A stretch of DNA of 20,143 nt from Promethearchaeota archaeon (GCA_048938005.1 JBHLMQ010000057.1:1-20143), one strand, 5' to 3'; counted from the first letter of the stretch, positions 1-9,596 are shown. Notes: generated by a model from the letters alone, not told the origin. A program made the numbers and translations.

Positions 1-209
1 AATAATAATAATCCTTTTGATCTATCACGAAATTTAATGTCATAAATTCTATTAATTACATCTAAATTTTGAGGATCACCACCAATCCCATAAACAGAAT
101 CAGTAGGAAAAGCAATAATTTTCCCTTCAATTATATTTTCGACTACAATTTTTAGATAAAACTCAATCTCTTTTAGTTCTTTCCCAGCTAGTTTTATTAA
201 AAATCCCAT
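1..209 (-). CDS. sua5: L-threonylcarbamoyladenylate synthase Sua5/TsaC family, N-terminal part (runs off the window)
   Basis: Not in the ORF track. Manual translation from ATG at 209 gives MGFLIKLAGKELKEIEFYLKIVVENIIEGKIIAFPTDSVYGIGGDPQNLDVINRIYDIKFRDRSKGLLL, which contains the Sua5/YrdC PTD(T/S)VYG and KxR motifs. Confidence 0.9.
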   Translation of the reverse strand, partial: MGFLIKLAGKELKEIEFYLKIVVENIIEGKIIAFPTDSVYGIGGDPQNLDVINRIYDIKFRDRSKGLLL

Positions 210-268
210 GTGAGTCCTTTAATAATTTAAAACTTATAATAAAAATTGAGATAAAATAAATATAAAGA

Positions 269-1210
269 TTATTTTGGATATTGATCTTGACAACTTAAAT
301 CAGCTTCTAAACGTTTCCAAGTATGATCCAGATACTCTTGGAGTTCAATTAAATCTTTTTCTGAAATATTGGCGAATCTTTTTTGCCTGGAAAGATAATC
401 TATTAGTGGAGCCCTCTTAGAAGGATCTAATAGTGTTTTACTTGCTTTTGATAGCTTCATAATACCATTTTCTACTTCATATAAAATCCACGAACCTGTT
501 TTTACAGCTAATCTTGCTATTTCTATTGATTCTGAACTGTCGAGACCCCAACCCGGGGGGCATGGAGCAAGAATATGAATATATTTACAACCCTTAATAG
601 ACTTAGCTTTCTTAAATTTATCATATAAATCAAGTGGTTCACTGATAGAACAAGTCGCTACATAAGGCATATCATGAGCCGCCATGATTGCGGGAAGGTT
701 TTTCTTGAAACGTTCTTTTCCCTTTGTGGTTGTACTCGTCCATGCACCATGTGGTGTACTTGAGGATCTCTGAATACCTGTGTTCATATATGCTTCATTG
801 TCATAACAAACGTAAATTTGATCAGAATTTCTTTCTGCTGCCCCACTTAACCCCTGGATTCCTATGTCTGCCGTGCCCCCATCACCAGCAAAAGTGATTG
901 CTGTCATTTCATCCCATCCTCTTCCTGGAAATCTATAAGCTTTAGCTTTAAAAGCTGCGGACATACCTGTTGCAGCTGCTGCCCCTGCTGCAAAAGCCAT
1001 ATTTGTAAATGGAAAATTAGGAGCAGTTTTAGGCCATAGTCCAACAACCACATTTAAGCAAGAAGCGGGAGTTACAAGAGCCGTTTTAGGACCTAACGCT
1101 TTTATTGCCCATCTAAGAGCCAATTCCAAACCACATCCTGCACAACACGAATTTCCTGGAAGAAAATATTCTTCCTGGCAAGATTCTAATGCTTCTTTTA
1201 ATTTAACCAT
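269..1210 (-). CDS. porB: Pyruvate/2-ketoisovalerate:ferredoxin oxidoreductase beta subunit (TPP-binding)
   Basis: CAGC, GDGGTADIG, YDNEAYMNTGIQ and PCPPGW motifs. The ATG at 1210 is preferred over the track's TTG at 1222, which overlaps porA. Confidence 0.93.
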   Translation of the reverse strand: MVKLKEALESCQEEYFLPGNSCCAGCGLELALRWAIKALGPKTALVTPASCLNVVVGLWPKTAPNFPFTNMAFAAGAAAATGMSAAFKAKAYRFPGRGWDEMTAITFAGDGGTADIGIQGLSGAAERNSDQIYVCYDNEAYMNTGIQRSSSTPHGAWTSTTTKGKERFKKNLPAIMAAHDMPYVATCSISEPLDLYDKFKKAKSIKGCKYIHILAPCPPGWGLDSSESIEIARLAVKTGSWILYEVENGIMKLSKASKTLLDPSKRAPLIDYLSRQKRFANISEKDLIELQEYLDHTWKRLEADLSCQDQYPK

Positions 1211-1214
1211 TCTT

Positions 1215-2471
1215 TTATTCAACCTCTAATAATCCATCCCAGAGAGTTCCATGAATCGTATCTTTTGGAATCTCTCCCGTTTCATTAAATTTGACTAAAG
1301 TTTTTAATTGATTTTTTTGCTGCTCAAGAGTAACCTCTCTTCCACCTAATCCATTAATTATTGGTAATACTGTAGCAGTTCCTTGAGTTTTATGTAGAGC
1401 AGTTTTTACTTCACAGCTTACAGGGCCTCCGGTTAGGGAACCAAAAGCAGTAGCTCTATCTATAACTCCAAGTAATTTCACCTTTTTAGCAACTTCTATG
1501 ATATCTTCTGTAGGAAATGGTCTAAAATGCCTTAATTTTACCATCCCTACTTTATAACCTTCATCTCTCAATTCATCAATAGCTTGTTCCATTTGTAGTG
1601 CTAAATCACCATAAATAATCACACCTACATCTGAGTTATCCATTTTATATTCTTGAATTAAGCCATTACCATAATTTCTTCCAAAAACTTTCCCAAATTC
1701 TTGGGTAACACTTTTAATCTTTTCTTTAGCTCTAATAAAAGCATCATGAATTTTTAATCTAAATTCTAAGTAAAACCCAGAAGGCATGATAAGATTTCCA
1801 AACATCATCGGTCTTTTTGGATCCATCCAAATGTGAGGCCAACCTTCTTCACTGGGTAATAGAGGTAAAAAACTGTCTACAAGATCTTGATCCTCAATTA
1901 TTACAGGTTTTGAGGTATGTGAAAGAATAAAACCACCATAAGCTACAAATTTAGGTAAGAGAATATCATGATCTTCACAAAGTTTATATGACATAAGAAT
2001 TTCATCATATATTTCTTGATGTGTTGCACAAAAGGCACTCATCCACCCTGTATCCCGTTGACTTAACACATCAGTAAAATCTGCCCAAATATTCCATGGT
2101 GGTGCTGGTCCTCGTGAGGCAATGGCAACAACAATAGGAAGTCTAGCTCCTGCAGCCCAATGAATCATTTCATGCGCATAAAATATTCCTTGGCCAGATG
2201 TAGCAGTGAAAGTTCGAGTTCCCGCTTTACTCGCACCAATCACACATGCAAATACACTATGCTCTGATTCTACTTTTATGTACTGAGTCCCTGGCATTTC
2301 TCCATTATCCACAAATTCAGATAATTTTTCAACAACCGTAGTTTGAGGTGTTATTGGGTATGCACTTATTACCTGAACTCGTGCTGATTTAGCAGCGTAC
2401 GCAGCTGCTTCATTTCCTTTAATAATAATTGTCTCTCTTTGTTGCTCAAAATCTTTTTGAGTTTCAGTCAT
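1215..2471 (-). CDS. porA: Pyruvate/2-ketoisovalerate:ferredoxin oxidoreductase alpha subunit
   Basis: GNEAAA, AYPITPQT, VESEHS, TATSGQG and RPFP motifs. The start overlaps the porD stop (ATGACTGA). Confidence 0.94.
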   Translation of the reverse strand: MTETQKDFEQQRETIIIKGNEAAAYAAKSARVQVISAYPITPQTTVVEKLSEFVDNGEMPGTQYIKVESEHSVFACVIGASKAGTRTFTATSGQGIFYAHEMIHWAAGARLPIVVAIASRGPAPPWNIWADFTDVLSQRDTGWMSAFCATHQEIYDEILMSYKLCEDHDILLPKFVAYGGFILSHTSKPVIIEDQDLVDSFLPLLPSEEGWPHIWMDPKRPMMFGNLIMPSGFYLEFRLKIHDAFIRAKEKIKSVTQEFGKVFGRNYGNGLIQEYKMDNSDVGVIIYGDLALQMEQAIDELRDEGYKVGMVKLRHFRPFPTEDIIEVAKKVKLLGVIDRATAFGSLTGGPVSCEVKTALHKTQGTATVLPIINGLGGREVTLEQQKNQLKTLVKFNETGEIPKDTIHGTLWDGLLEVE

Positions 2472-2811
2472 CTTTTACATCACTCTCTCTTATCATTTCG
2501 ATATTTTTTGTTGGGCATTCTTTTGCACATATGCCACAACCTTTACAATAAGTTAAATTTATTTCGAATGTTCCATCTTCCATCCTTTTAATTACACCTT
2601 CTGGACAATACATCCAGCATATTCCACAATTGTTACATCCTTCTTTTATTATAGGCCTAAATGTCCTCCAATCACCCGTATTGCCAATATTTCCATCAAT
2701 TGGTAATGAAATTGGAATCGGTGATAATTCTTTCCAATTTTTATATTCTTGAACTTTAGGACGTTCTTTTACTGATTTATTAATTTTTTTCCATTTTTTA
2801 GATTCTGACAT
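2464..2811 (-). CDS. porD: 2-oxoacid:ferredoxin oxidoreductase delta subunit (2x[4Fe-4S] ferredoxin-like)
   Basis: TGDWRTFRP followed by CNNCGICWMYCP and YCKGCGICAKECP. Confidence 0.93.
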   Translation of the reverse strand: MSESKKWKKINKSVKERPKVQEYKNWKELSPIPISLPIDGNIGNTGDWRTFRPIIKEGCNNCGICWMYCPEGVIKRMEDGTFEINLTYCKGCGICAKECPTKNIEMIRESDVKDD

Positions 2812-2813
2812 AA

Positions 2814-3401
2814 TTAAATCTCTCTTACTGATTCATAAGCGTCTTTAGCAACACTCATATTTATCTCTAATCTACTTTCTCCAAATTCCTTTTTAATTAC
2901 TTTTTCCATTGTCCCAAGATTATAATACCCTGTAATCTTCCCAAAAGCTCCCAACATAGGAATATTCAGAATTGGTCCACTTGAGTGCATAAAATTATGT
3001 TTAATACAAATACCAGTAGCGTCTACGAGAAAGATCTTTAAATTATTAGGGAGGTCACTCGTATCTATAGGATCTGGACTATTGATTATTAGATTTACAC
3101 CTTCCTTTATAGTAGCTTTTATCGTTGGAATATCTAATAATGATGTATCAAACATAAGTATATAATCTGGATTTACTACACTATCATACGTTCTAATTGA
3201 CATAAGCTTAGAAACTTTTGTAAAAGCCTGTATTGGAGCACCCCTACGCTCAGCTCCTATTATTGGGATTGCAATCGTGTCTTGGAAACCTTCTTCAAAT
3301 GCCATTTCTGCTAATAACTGGCTCGCGGTAATACATGTTTGACCACCTCTACAATGCATTGATATTTCCACAATCTTTTCATTGTCTAACAATTTATCCA
3401 A
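2814..3401 (-). CDS. porG: 2-oxoacid:ferredoxin oxidoreductase gamma subunit
   Basis: HCRGGQ (canonically HGRGGQG), GAERRGAP, VDATGI and NIPMLGA motifs. TTG start; first gene of the gamma-delta-alpha-beta operon. Confidence 0.9.
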   Translation of the reverse strand: MDKLLDNEKIVEISMHCRGGQTCITASQLLAEMAFEEGFQDTIAIPIIGAERRGAPIQAFTKVSKLMSIRTYDSVVNPDYILMFDTSLLDIPTIKATIKEGVNLIINSPDPIDTSDLPNNLKIFLVDATGICIKHNFMHSSGPILNIPMLGAFGKITGYYNLGTMEKVIKKEFGESRLEINMSVAKDAYESVREI

Positions 3402-3634
3402 CTAACTTTACTTTATTTGTATTGAATGCAATATGTCCAATAAAGGCACAATGAATAAAAGTTCTATTGATTTTACTTATATAACTACAATATGAAACAA
3501 TAATATAGAATTTATAATAATAATTGTTATAATAATTAATTCCTTTTCAGAAAAATATAATTTTTAATTGATTTTTAGAAATTTTAAAACTCTATTATCC
3601 AAATTTAATATATTTTGAAGTAGGAAATAACCAT

Positions 3635-4204
3635 ATGCCTGATGAGAAGAAAAGTAGTAACTTAGTTTATTCCTTTAAATGTCCTTCATGTCAAAAAGGG
3701 GTAATTGATATTATTAAAAGCATTTATGATCTTCCAGATGGAGATAAAATGCTTATATTAAAATTTGAATGCAATAAGTGTAATTTTCACAAAAATGACA
3801 TAATTCCTTTAACAACAAATATGGAACCGGGAACGATGACCTTACAAATAACAAACGAAAATGATCTCAAATCTAAGATATATCGTTCGCCAGCTGGTAA
3901 GTTAGAAATTCCAGAATTGGATTTAATAGTGGAACCAGGTCCAAGAGCAGATTTTTATTATACAAACGTAGAAGGTATATTATTTAGATTTGAAAGCGCT
4001 GTCTCAATTTATAAAAATAATCTTGAAAAGAATGATCCCGAATTAATTGAAATAGAAGAGCTTTTAAAGAACCTGAAAAAAGCGATGGATGGACAATTTA
4101 ATTTCACTTTAAAAATAATAGATTCCCAAGGAGGGAGTTATATTATTCCACAAGACAAAACGAAATATAGTTTTAAGAAATTTGAGGAAAAGGAATTAGA
4201 ATAA
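3635..4204 (+). CDS. ZPR1-type zinc finger protein (single archaeal module)
   Basis: CPSC...CNKC zinc finger, then IYRSPAGKLEIPELDLIVEPG, TNVEGIL and FTLKIIDSQGGSYI, all typical of ZPR1. Confidence 0.88.
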   Translation: MPDEKKSSNLVYSFKCPSCQKGVIDIIKSIYDLPDGDKMLILKFECNKCNFHKNDIIPLTTNMEPGTMTLQITNENDLKSKIYRSPAGKLEIPELDLIVEPGPRADFYYTNVEGILFRFESAVSIYKNNLEKNDPELIEIEELLKNLKKAMDGQFNFTLKIIDSQGGSYIIPQDKTKYSFKKFEEKELE

Positions 4205-4284
4205 ATATAAAATATGAAATAATCATAATTCTTTATTATAAGTTATATTATTAAAACCTCAATAAATCAAATGTGTGAAATGAT

Positions 4285-5439
4285 ATGAGAAATCAAATAA
4301 AAAAAGTTGGAATCTTAACTGGAGGAGGAGATTGTCCTGGTTTAAATTCCGTCATCTATGGTATTATGCTCAAAGCTTACGATTCCGGTATTGAGTGTGT
4401 TGGAATTCTAAAAGGGTGGAAAGGATTTGTAGAAAATCAAACAATTCCACTTGATATTGCAGAACACGATGATTTGCATACTGTCGGCGGAACCATCTTA
4501 TATACGAGCAGAACCAATCCATTTAAAGGTATAGATTCTAAAGAAAAAAAAGCAAAAGAATTAGCAAAACAATTTGATGAATTAGGAATTGATGCATTGA
4601 TTGCTATTGGGGGAGATGATACCTTAGGTGTTGCAAATATAATGTATAAATATGCTAATGCTAGAGTAATTGGATGCCCTAAGACAATAGACAATGATTT
4701 AGCAGGAACACACTATACATTTGGTTTCTGGAGTGCTGTACAATTAGCCTCTAATACGATTGATAATCTCACTACCACTGCTCGTTCACATCAAAGAGTA
4801 TTTGTTGTAGAGGTTATGGGTAGGGACGCTGGTTTTTTAACAATGTACAGTGGAATATCTGCTGGAGCAGACATAATATTAATTCCAGAAACACCATTTG
4901 ATTTAAAAAAAGATATAATTGACGTTTTGAAAAAAAGAGTTAATGCAGGCTATAAATATCATATAATTGCTACATCAGAGGGAGCATATCCAAATTCAGA
5001 ATCATTAAATAGAGACTTTAAAACTATATCTAAAGAAACGATTGATAAATTACCTAAAGATACATTCGGAAATCCACTATTAGTAAGATTAAATATTTCT
5101 CAAATAATTGTTGATGAATTAGACTTAAGAGATGATTTAAAACACGAGTTTCAAAAAAATGGAGTTGAATTTGAATGTCGAAGCGTCGTTCTTGGTCATA
5201 CTATGCGAGCTGGAACTCCAAATTCATTTGATAGAATATTAGGATTAAGATTTGGTCTAGCAGCAATGAAACTTGTGATAGAAGGCAAGTTTGGAAATAT
5301 GGTATCACTTCAAGGTAATAAAATTACAACAGTCCCATTATCAGCTGGAGTTGGAAAAAAATATCTTACTCCTGATAATGATAAAATGGAATTACGCGAT
5401 CTACTAGTAAAAATCCGATATCTTTCTAAACAAAAATAA
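4285..5439 (+). CDS. pfp: PfkA-family 6-phosphofructokinase, likely PPi-dependent
   Basis: GILTGGGDCPGLN, GGDDT, PKTIDND, EVMGRDAG and LGHTMRAG motifs. The Asp in GGDD and the Lys in PKTIDND are the PPi-specificity residues. Confidence 0.9.
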   Translation: MRNQIKKVGILTGGGDCPGLNSVIYGIMLKAYDSGIECVGILKGWKGFVENQTIPLDIAEHDDLHTVGGTILYTSRTNPFKGIDSKEKKAKELAKQFDELGIDALIAIGGDDTLGVANIMYKYANARVIGCPKTIDNDLAGTHYTFGFWSAVQLASNTIDNLTTTARSHQRVFVVEVMGRDAGFLTMYSGISAGADIILIPETPFDLKKDIIDVLKKRVNAGYKYHIIATSEGAYPNSESLNRDFKTISKETIDKLPKDTFGNPLLVRLNISQIIVDELDLRDDLKHEFQKNGVEFECRSVVLGHTMRAGTPNSFDRILGLRFGLAAMKLVIEGKFGNMVSLQGNKITTVPLSAGVGKKYLTPDNDKMELRDLLVKIRYLSKQK

Positions 5440-5499
5440 TTATTATAAACGGATATATAATTACAGTGGATTATTCAAAAATATAGGCATTAGAATAAT

Positions 5500-6744
5500 T
5501 TAACCGTAGTGTTTTTCTTCTTTTGCATCCGCTTCTAAGGCATCTTGCTCAATATCACGACCAAGCCATTTTTCACTTAAAATTTCCTTGTAAAATTCAT
5601 GTTGGATAATTAAATTCATTATTTCTGTTGTTCCCGTCCAAATCTCTCCAATTCTAGCATCTCTTAATAATCTTTCAATTGGATAAACTGTTGTATAACC
5701 AATTCCGCCCAAAACCTGCATAGCATTATTAATTACTTTCCAACAAGCTTTGGTTGAAAATTTCTTTGATTCAGATACTAATCTTCTTTGAAGAGCAGGG
5801 GGTGCTCCAGCATCAATAGTTCTTGCTGTATTATACACGATAGCTCGTGCTGCATCCAAGAGTGTGATACTATCAGCAATTAAAAAAGAAACTCCTTGAA
5901 AATTTCTGATAGGTTGTCCAAATGCTTTTCTTTTAGTACTATATTTTGTAGCAATTCTTAAACAAGCACGAGCAAGACCTATGAATCCTGATGCAGTAGT
6001 TAGTCTCTCTGGAACCATCATTTGATAAAATATTTTTCCTCCAGCGCCCTCCCCTAAAATAATATTTTCTTTTGGAACTCTAACATTGTTAAATTTTATT
6101 CTTCCAGCGCCACCACCTCTGGTTCCAAGAATACCATAAATATATTCAGTATTAACACCTTCAGTTCTATCCACTATGAATAAACTTAAAGTTTTACGTG
6201 GATCAACATTTGGATTCAAATTGGTTTTCGCATAAACCAAAAAGAAATCTGCACCTTCAGCACCTACAACAAATCGTTTTTCTCCGTTCAATATATAATG
6301 ATCCTCCTCTTTAATCGCGGTACAAGTTGCTCCAAAAAAGTCTGAACCTCCTCTTGGTTCGGTTAAAGCTTCAGCAGTGAATTTTTTTCCCTCACACATT
6401 GGTTTAAGATATTTTTGTTTTTGCTCTTCTGTCCCGAACATATTTAATGCTTCCCCACATATACTGGGCAAAGAAAATAAACAAGCAAGAGAACTCCCTA
6501 ATACTCCAATTTCTTCTTGAGCTATAATTTCACTCTCCCAATTCAATCCTCTCCCACTATAATCTTTTGGAAATCTTATTCCTATTAAATTTTGTTTAGC
6601 TAGCGCATTTAACCATTCAGAAGGATATTGGATCTCATCGTTATCCATTTTTTTTAATAATGAGGGAGGAACTGCTCTTTTCACAAATGTTCTTACTTCC
6701 TCTTTAAATATTTTGTTTTCTTGACTTAGTAAATAATTGTACAT
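5500..6744 (-). CDS. Acyl-CoA dehydrogenase
   Basis: [38 protein letters not shown] and [19 protein letters not shown] motifs. ATG at 6744; the track uses TTG at 6750. Confidence 0.93.
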   Translation of the reverse strand: MYNYLLSQENKIFKEEVRTFVKRAVPPSLLKKMDNDEIQYPSEWLNALAKQNLIGIRFPKDYSGRGLNWESEIIAQEEIGVLGSSLACLFSLPSICGEALNMFGTEEQKQKYLKPMCEGKKFTAEALTEPRGGSDFFGATCTAIKEEDHYILNGEKRFVVGAEGADFFLVYAKTNLNPNVDPRKTLSLFIVDRTEGVNTEYIYGILGTRGGGAGRIKFNNVRVPKENIILGEGAGGKIFYQMMVPERLTTASGFIGLARACLRIATKYSTKRKAFGQPIRNFQGVSFLIADSITLLDAARAIVYNTARTIDAGAPPALQRRLVSESKKFSTKACWKVINNAMQVLGGIGYTTVYPIERLLRDARIGEIWTGTTEIMNLIIQHEFYKEILSEKWLGRDIEQDALEADAKEEKHYG

Positions 6745-6990
6745 ATTCAATAACCACTTAATGATTTATAATACGTTTAAATAATGAGAGATTCAATAAA
6801 AATAATGATTTGATTTAACTTCTATTAGTTTACTTTTTTATGAAAATTCAAAGTTCAATTGAAGTTCATCATTTAAAACTATAAATATACAAATTAATTT
6901 ATCCTACACATAGTATCGCAATTTTATGGTAATATAAGAATCTATATTTCTCAACTATATTTTCTTCAACTATTAAATTGGTGAGTAAAA

Positions 6991-8259
6991 ATATTTGCTA
7001 AAATTAGAAAATTTTACAAAGGATATCCCAATGCATTTTGGGTACTCACTCTAGCCACATTCATCGATATGTTGGGAAGCTTTTTATTGTATCCTTTTTA
7101 CGCTCTGTATATAACTAGCCGATTTGGAGTCGGGATGATCGAAGTAGGGTATTTATTCTCGATTTTCTCGTTTGGAAATATTTTCGGGGGCCTGATTGGA
7201 GGTGCATTAGCAGATAAATATGGTCGTCGTGCGATGATCCTTATTGGATTAATTGTAAGCGGGATGGGAAGTATTTTAATGGCTTTAGCTGATAATCTAA
7301 ATACTTTCTATATACTTGCTGCATTTTTAGGTTTGATAGGGAATTTTGGAGGTCCTGCACGTCAAGCAATGGTGGCAGATTTACTTCCAAATGAAAAACA
7401 AACAAAAGGATTTGGGATTATAAGAGTGGCTTTTAATATTTCAGCAGTGATAGGTCCTGTTCTTGGTGGATTTATTGCTATCCGATCCTTCATGTTATTA
7501 TTTATTGCAGATGCTGTGAGCAGTATAATTACCGCTTTTATCGTTTTTTTTGTTATTCCAGAAACTAAACCTAAAAAGCATGATGATGAATCCAAAGAAA
7601 CAGTATTCAAAACACTTATTGGATATAAAAATGTGTTAAAGGATTGGAAATTTATGATATTTCTTGGTATATCTGCTATGACCATTTTAGTATATATGCA
7701 AATGAATAGTACATTATCAGTATTCTTACGGGACATTCATGGTTTTCCTGAGCAAGGTTTTGGTTATTTATTAAGTATGAATGCGATTATGGTAGTATTC
7801 TTTCAATTTTGGATAACAAAAAAGGTTTCAAAGTATGCTCCGATGAAGATGATGGCTTTTGGGACTATTTTTCTTATGATAGGTTTTGGAATGTATGGTT
7901 TTATTTCTGAGCCATATCTGTTTTTTGTTGCTATGGCTATTATCACAGTGGGGGAATGTATTGTATATCCTCTTGGACAAAGTACAGCTGCATCCTTCGC
8001 TCCTGAAGATAAACGTGGCAGGTATATGGCAGTGTATGGTTTTCAATGGATGATTCCAAATATGTTCGGAGTTTTAGCTGCTGGATTAGTATGGGTGCAA
8101 ATTGGTCCAAATTGGGTATGGTACTTTGCCGGAATTCTATCTTTGATTTCAGCAATAGGTTTTTGGTTAATTCATGGGATCACTAAAGAACTTTTTGTAA
8201 AAAAAGAGAAACCTAAAGAAGAAAAATTGCTTGAATACACTGTTCCTACAATAGAATGA
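6991..8259 (+). CDS. MFS transporter (drug:H+ antiporter-like, about 12 TM); likely starts at ATA 6991 rather than ATG 7069
   Basis: MFS motif A (GALADKYGRR), GPVLGG and APEDKRGRY. The frame is open upstream of 7069 and encodes IFAKIRKFYKGYPNAFWVLTLATFID, the first half of TM1. An in-frame TGA lies at 6982-6984. Confidence 0.88.
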   Translation: MFAKIRKFYKGYPNAFWVLTLATFIDMLGSFLLYPFYALYITSRFGVGMIEVGYLFSIFSFGNIFGGLIGGALADKYGRRAMILIGLIVSGMGSILMALADNLNTFYILAAFLGLIGNFGGPARQAMVADLLPNEKQTKGFGIIRVAFNISAVIGPVLGGFIAIRSFMLLFIADAVSSIITAFIVFFVIPETKPKKHDDESKETVFKTLIGYKNVLKDWKFMIFLGISAMTILVYMQMNSTLSVFLRDIHGFPEQGFGYLLSMNAIMVVFFQFWITKKVSKYAPMKMMAFGTIFLMIGFGMYGFISEPYLFFVAMAIITVGECIVYPLGQSTAASFAPEDKRGRYMAVYGFQWMIPNMFGVLAAGLVWVQIGPNWVWYFAGILSLISAIGFWLIHGITKELFVKKEKPKEEKLLEYTVPTIE

Positions 8260-8312
8260 GAGATTTCTATACTTTTTATTCTAAAAAATGGTTTAAAATG
8301 TAGAAATAAAAT

Positions 8313-8334
8313 TCGTGAAACGCATCTTTCACGA
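8313..8334. terminator. Perfect 8-bp hairpin between convergent genes; possible bidirectional terminator or RNA-stability element
   Basis: TCGTGAAA-cgcatc-TTTCACGA, lying between the MFS stop (8259) and the stop of the 383-aa gene (8358). Confidence 0.4.
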
Positions 8335-8357
8335 TGATTCATTTTAAAAATTATTAG

Positions 8358-9509
8358 CTAATTTTCAACCTCAAATACAATCTTTAGGTATTCGTACTTA
8401 GAATTTAACAAGTTCAGAACATTCTTAGCAAATAACCGTAGATTTCTAACATGAACAGGCTTTTCTTCCATTTGTTCAAGTAAAAATTCATGTAACATAT
8501 TTCTGGCAGCATCTGGACCGTTTTTTGCTAAATAATCCATCCAATGGATTGAGGTTCTACAGATTCTTTTTAATAATACATCAGGATATTCATTTTTATC
8601 TAAAATTTTATCATGATACTTATCTATAGCATTACTAATCCGTTCTAAATGATCCGCAATACCTAATGAATAACGACATAAACTAATTATATTTGAAGTA
8701 ATTCTAGAATTTCTAGTGTTAGTTGCCGCTTCAAATGATTCCCAAACATCAGTCCATTCATCTTTATTTCTCCCTCTTGATCCATCATTGTACAAAGCCA
8801 CATTAATTATATCACTTAGGTCAACATCATGACCTCTTTTTAATTTTTTATTAAAAATCTCTTTTAATCTAGTTCCTTCTAAATAACTTCCAGCACCGAA
8901 ATCAAGTAATTGATTTAGGTTATTTGCAGCACAAAGGGCTTCATGTCTAGTTTCTCCAGTATCTGGGTTAACCCACTCCACACTTTTTTCAAATTCTCCA
9001 GTTTCTTTATTTTTTACCCATCCCATTTCTCTTAAAACATGATCTAATAAATGCACTTTAAAAACCCAAAAATCGATATCATCTGTGAATCTTTTTCTCC
9101 TCCAATCTCTAGTAGTATATTTACCCAAATATAATTTTAGAGTTCCACGGACTAGATTAAATTTACCATCTTTAAGAGTTTCACAAGCATCATTATAGTA
9201 TACATTATCTGGTTTATTAGAAATTTCTACAATTCTATTAAGTATTTTTCTGGCCTCCCCAGCAACTATGTCGCATGGAATACTCCCATCAGAAGGATAT
9301 GCGCGTGATCCTCCATCTAAAAAGTTTTTAAATAATTCTAAATCATTATCTGGTATTTTATACCATGGATTATTAAATAAAATTTTACTAAATATATAGT
9401 GGGTGAAACCTTTTTTATCTACTTCAGTTTTATCATGTAAAGGAGAGACATCTCTTAATTTATCTCCTTTTTGTATAGCATCAGCTTTAATATCCCAAAT
9501 TGTATTCAT
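8358..9509 (-). CDS. Uncharacterised protein, putative Pol-beta-superfamily nucleotidyltransferase (AbiEii/DUF1814-like motifs)
   Basis: Long clean ORF. FNLVRGTLKLYL (aa 117-128), RFTDDIDFWV (aa 140-149) and KKLKRGHDVDLSD (aa 221-233) match the hhGG(T), RxT/SxDxD and K...R..D..D motif order. CDS existence is near certain; the function is inferred. Confidence 0.6.
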   Translation of the reverse strand: MNTIWDIKADAIQKGDKLRDVSPLHDKTEVDKKGFTHYIFSKILFNNPWYKIPDNDLELFKNFLDGGSRAYPSDGSIPCDIVAGEARKILNRIVEISNKPDNVYYNDACETLKDGKFNLVRGTLKLYLGKYTTRDWRRKRFTDDIDFWVFKVHLLDHVLREMGWVKNKETGEFEKSVEWVNPDTGETRHEALCAANNLNQLLDFGAGSYLEGTRLKEIFNKKLKRGHDVDLSDIINVALYNDGSRGRNKDEWTDVWESFEAATNTRNSRITSNIISLCRYSLGIADHLERISNAIDKYHDKILDKNEYPDVLLKRICRTSIHWMDYLAKNGPDAARNMLHEFLLEQMEEKPVHVRNLRLFAKNVLNLLNSKYEYLKIVFEVEN

Positions 9510-9596
9510 ACAAAAAATGATATTGAATGCAGATTTTAAATATTTTCAATTATATATAATAAGAGATTTTTTATTAATTAACACTATTGGTATTAT

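Noticed and set aside
4437-4694. 85-aa antisense ORF within pfk
   Set aside because: It is a shadow of a well-supported gene and has no motifs.
7362-8155. Three antisense ORFs within the MFS gene
   Set aside because: They are fully nested opposite a real gene and have no recognisable features.
8257-8357. Possible SECIS element or Sec read-through (MFS ends in TGA with a hairpin nearby; Lokiarchaeota use SECIS)
   Set aside because: The hairpin lacks a convincing AUGA/GA kink-turn core. The read-through peptide is not meaningful, and no gene here has TGA at a conserved Cys position.
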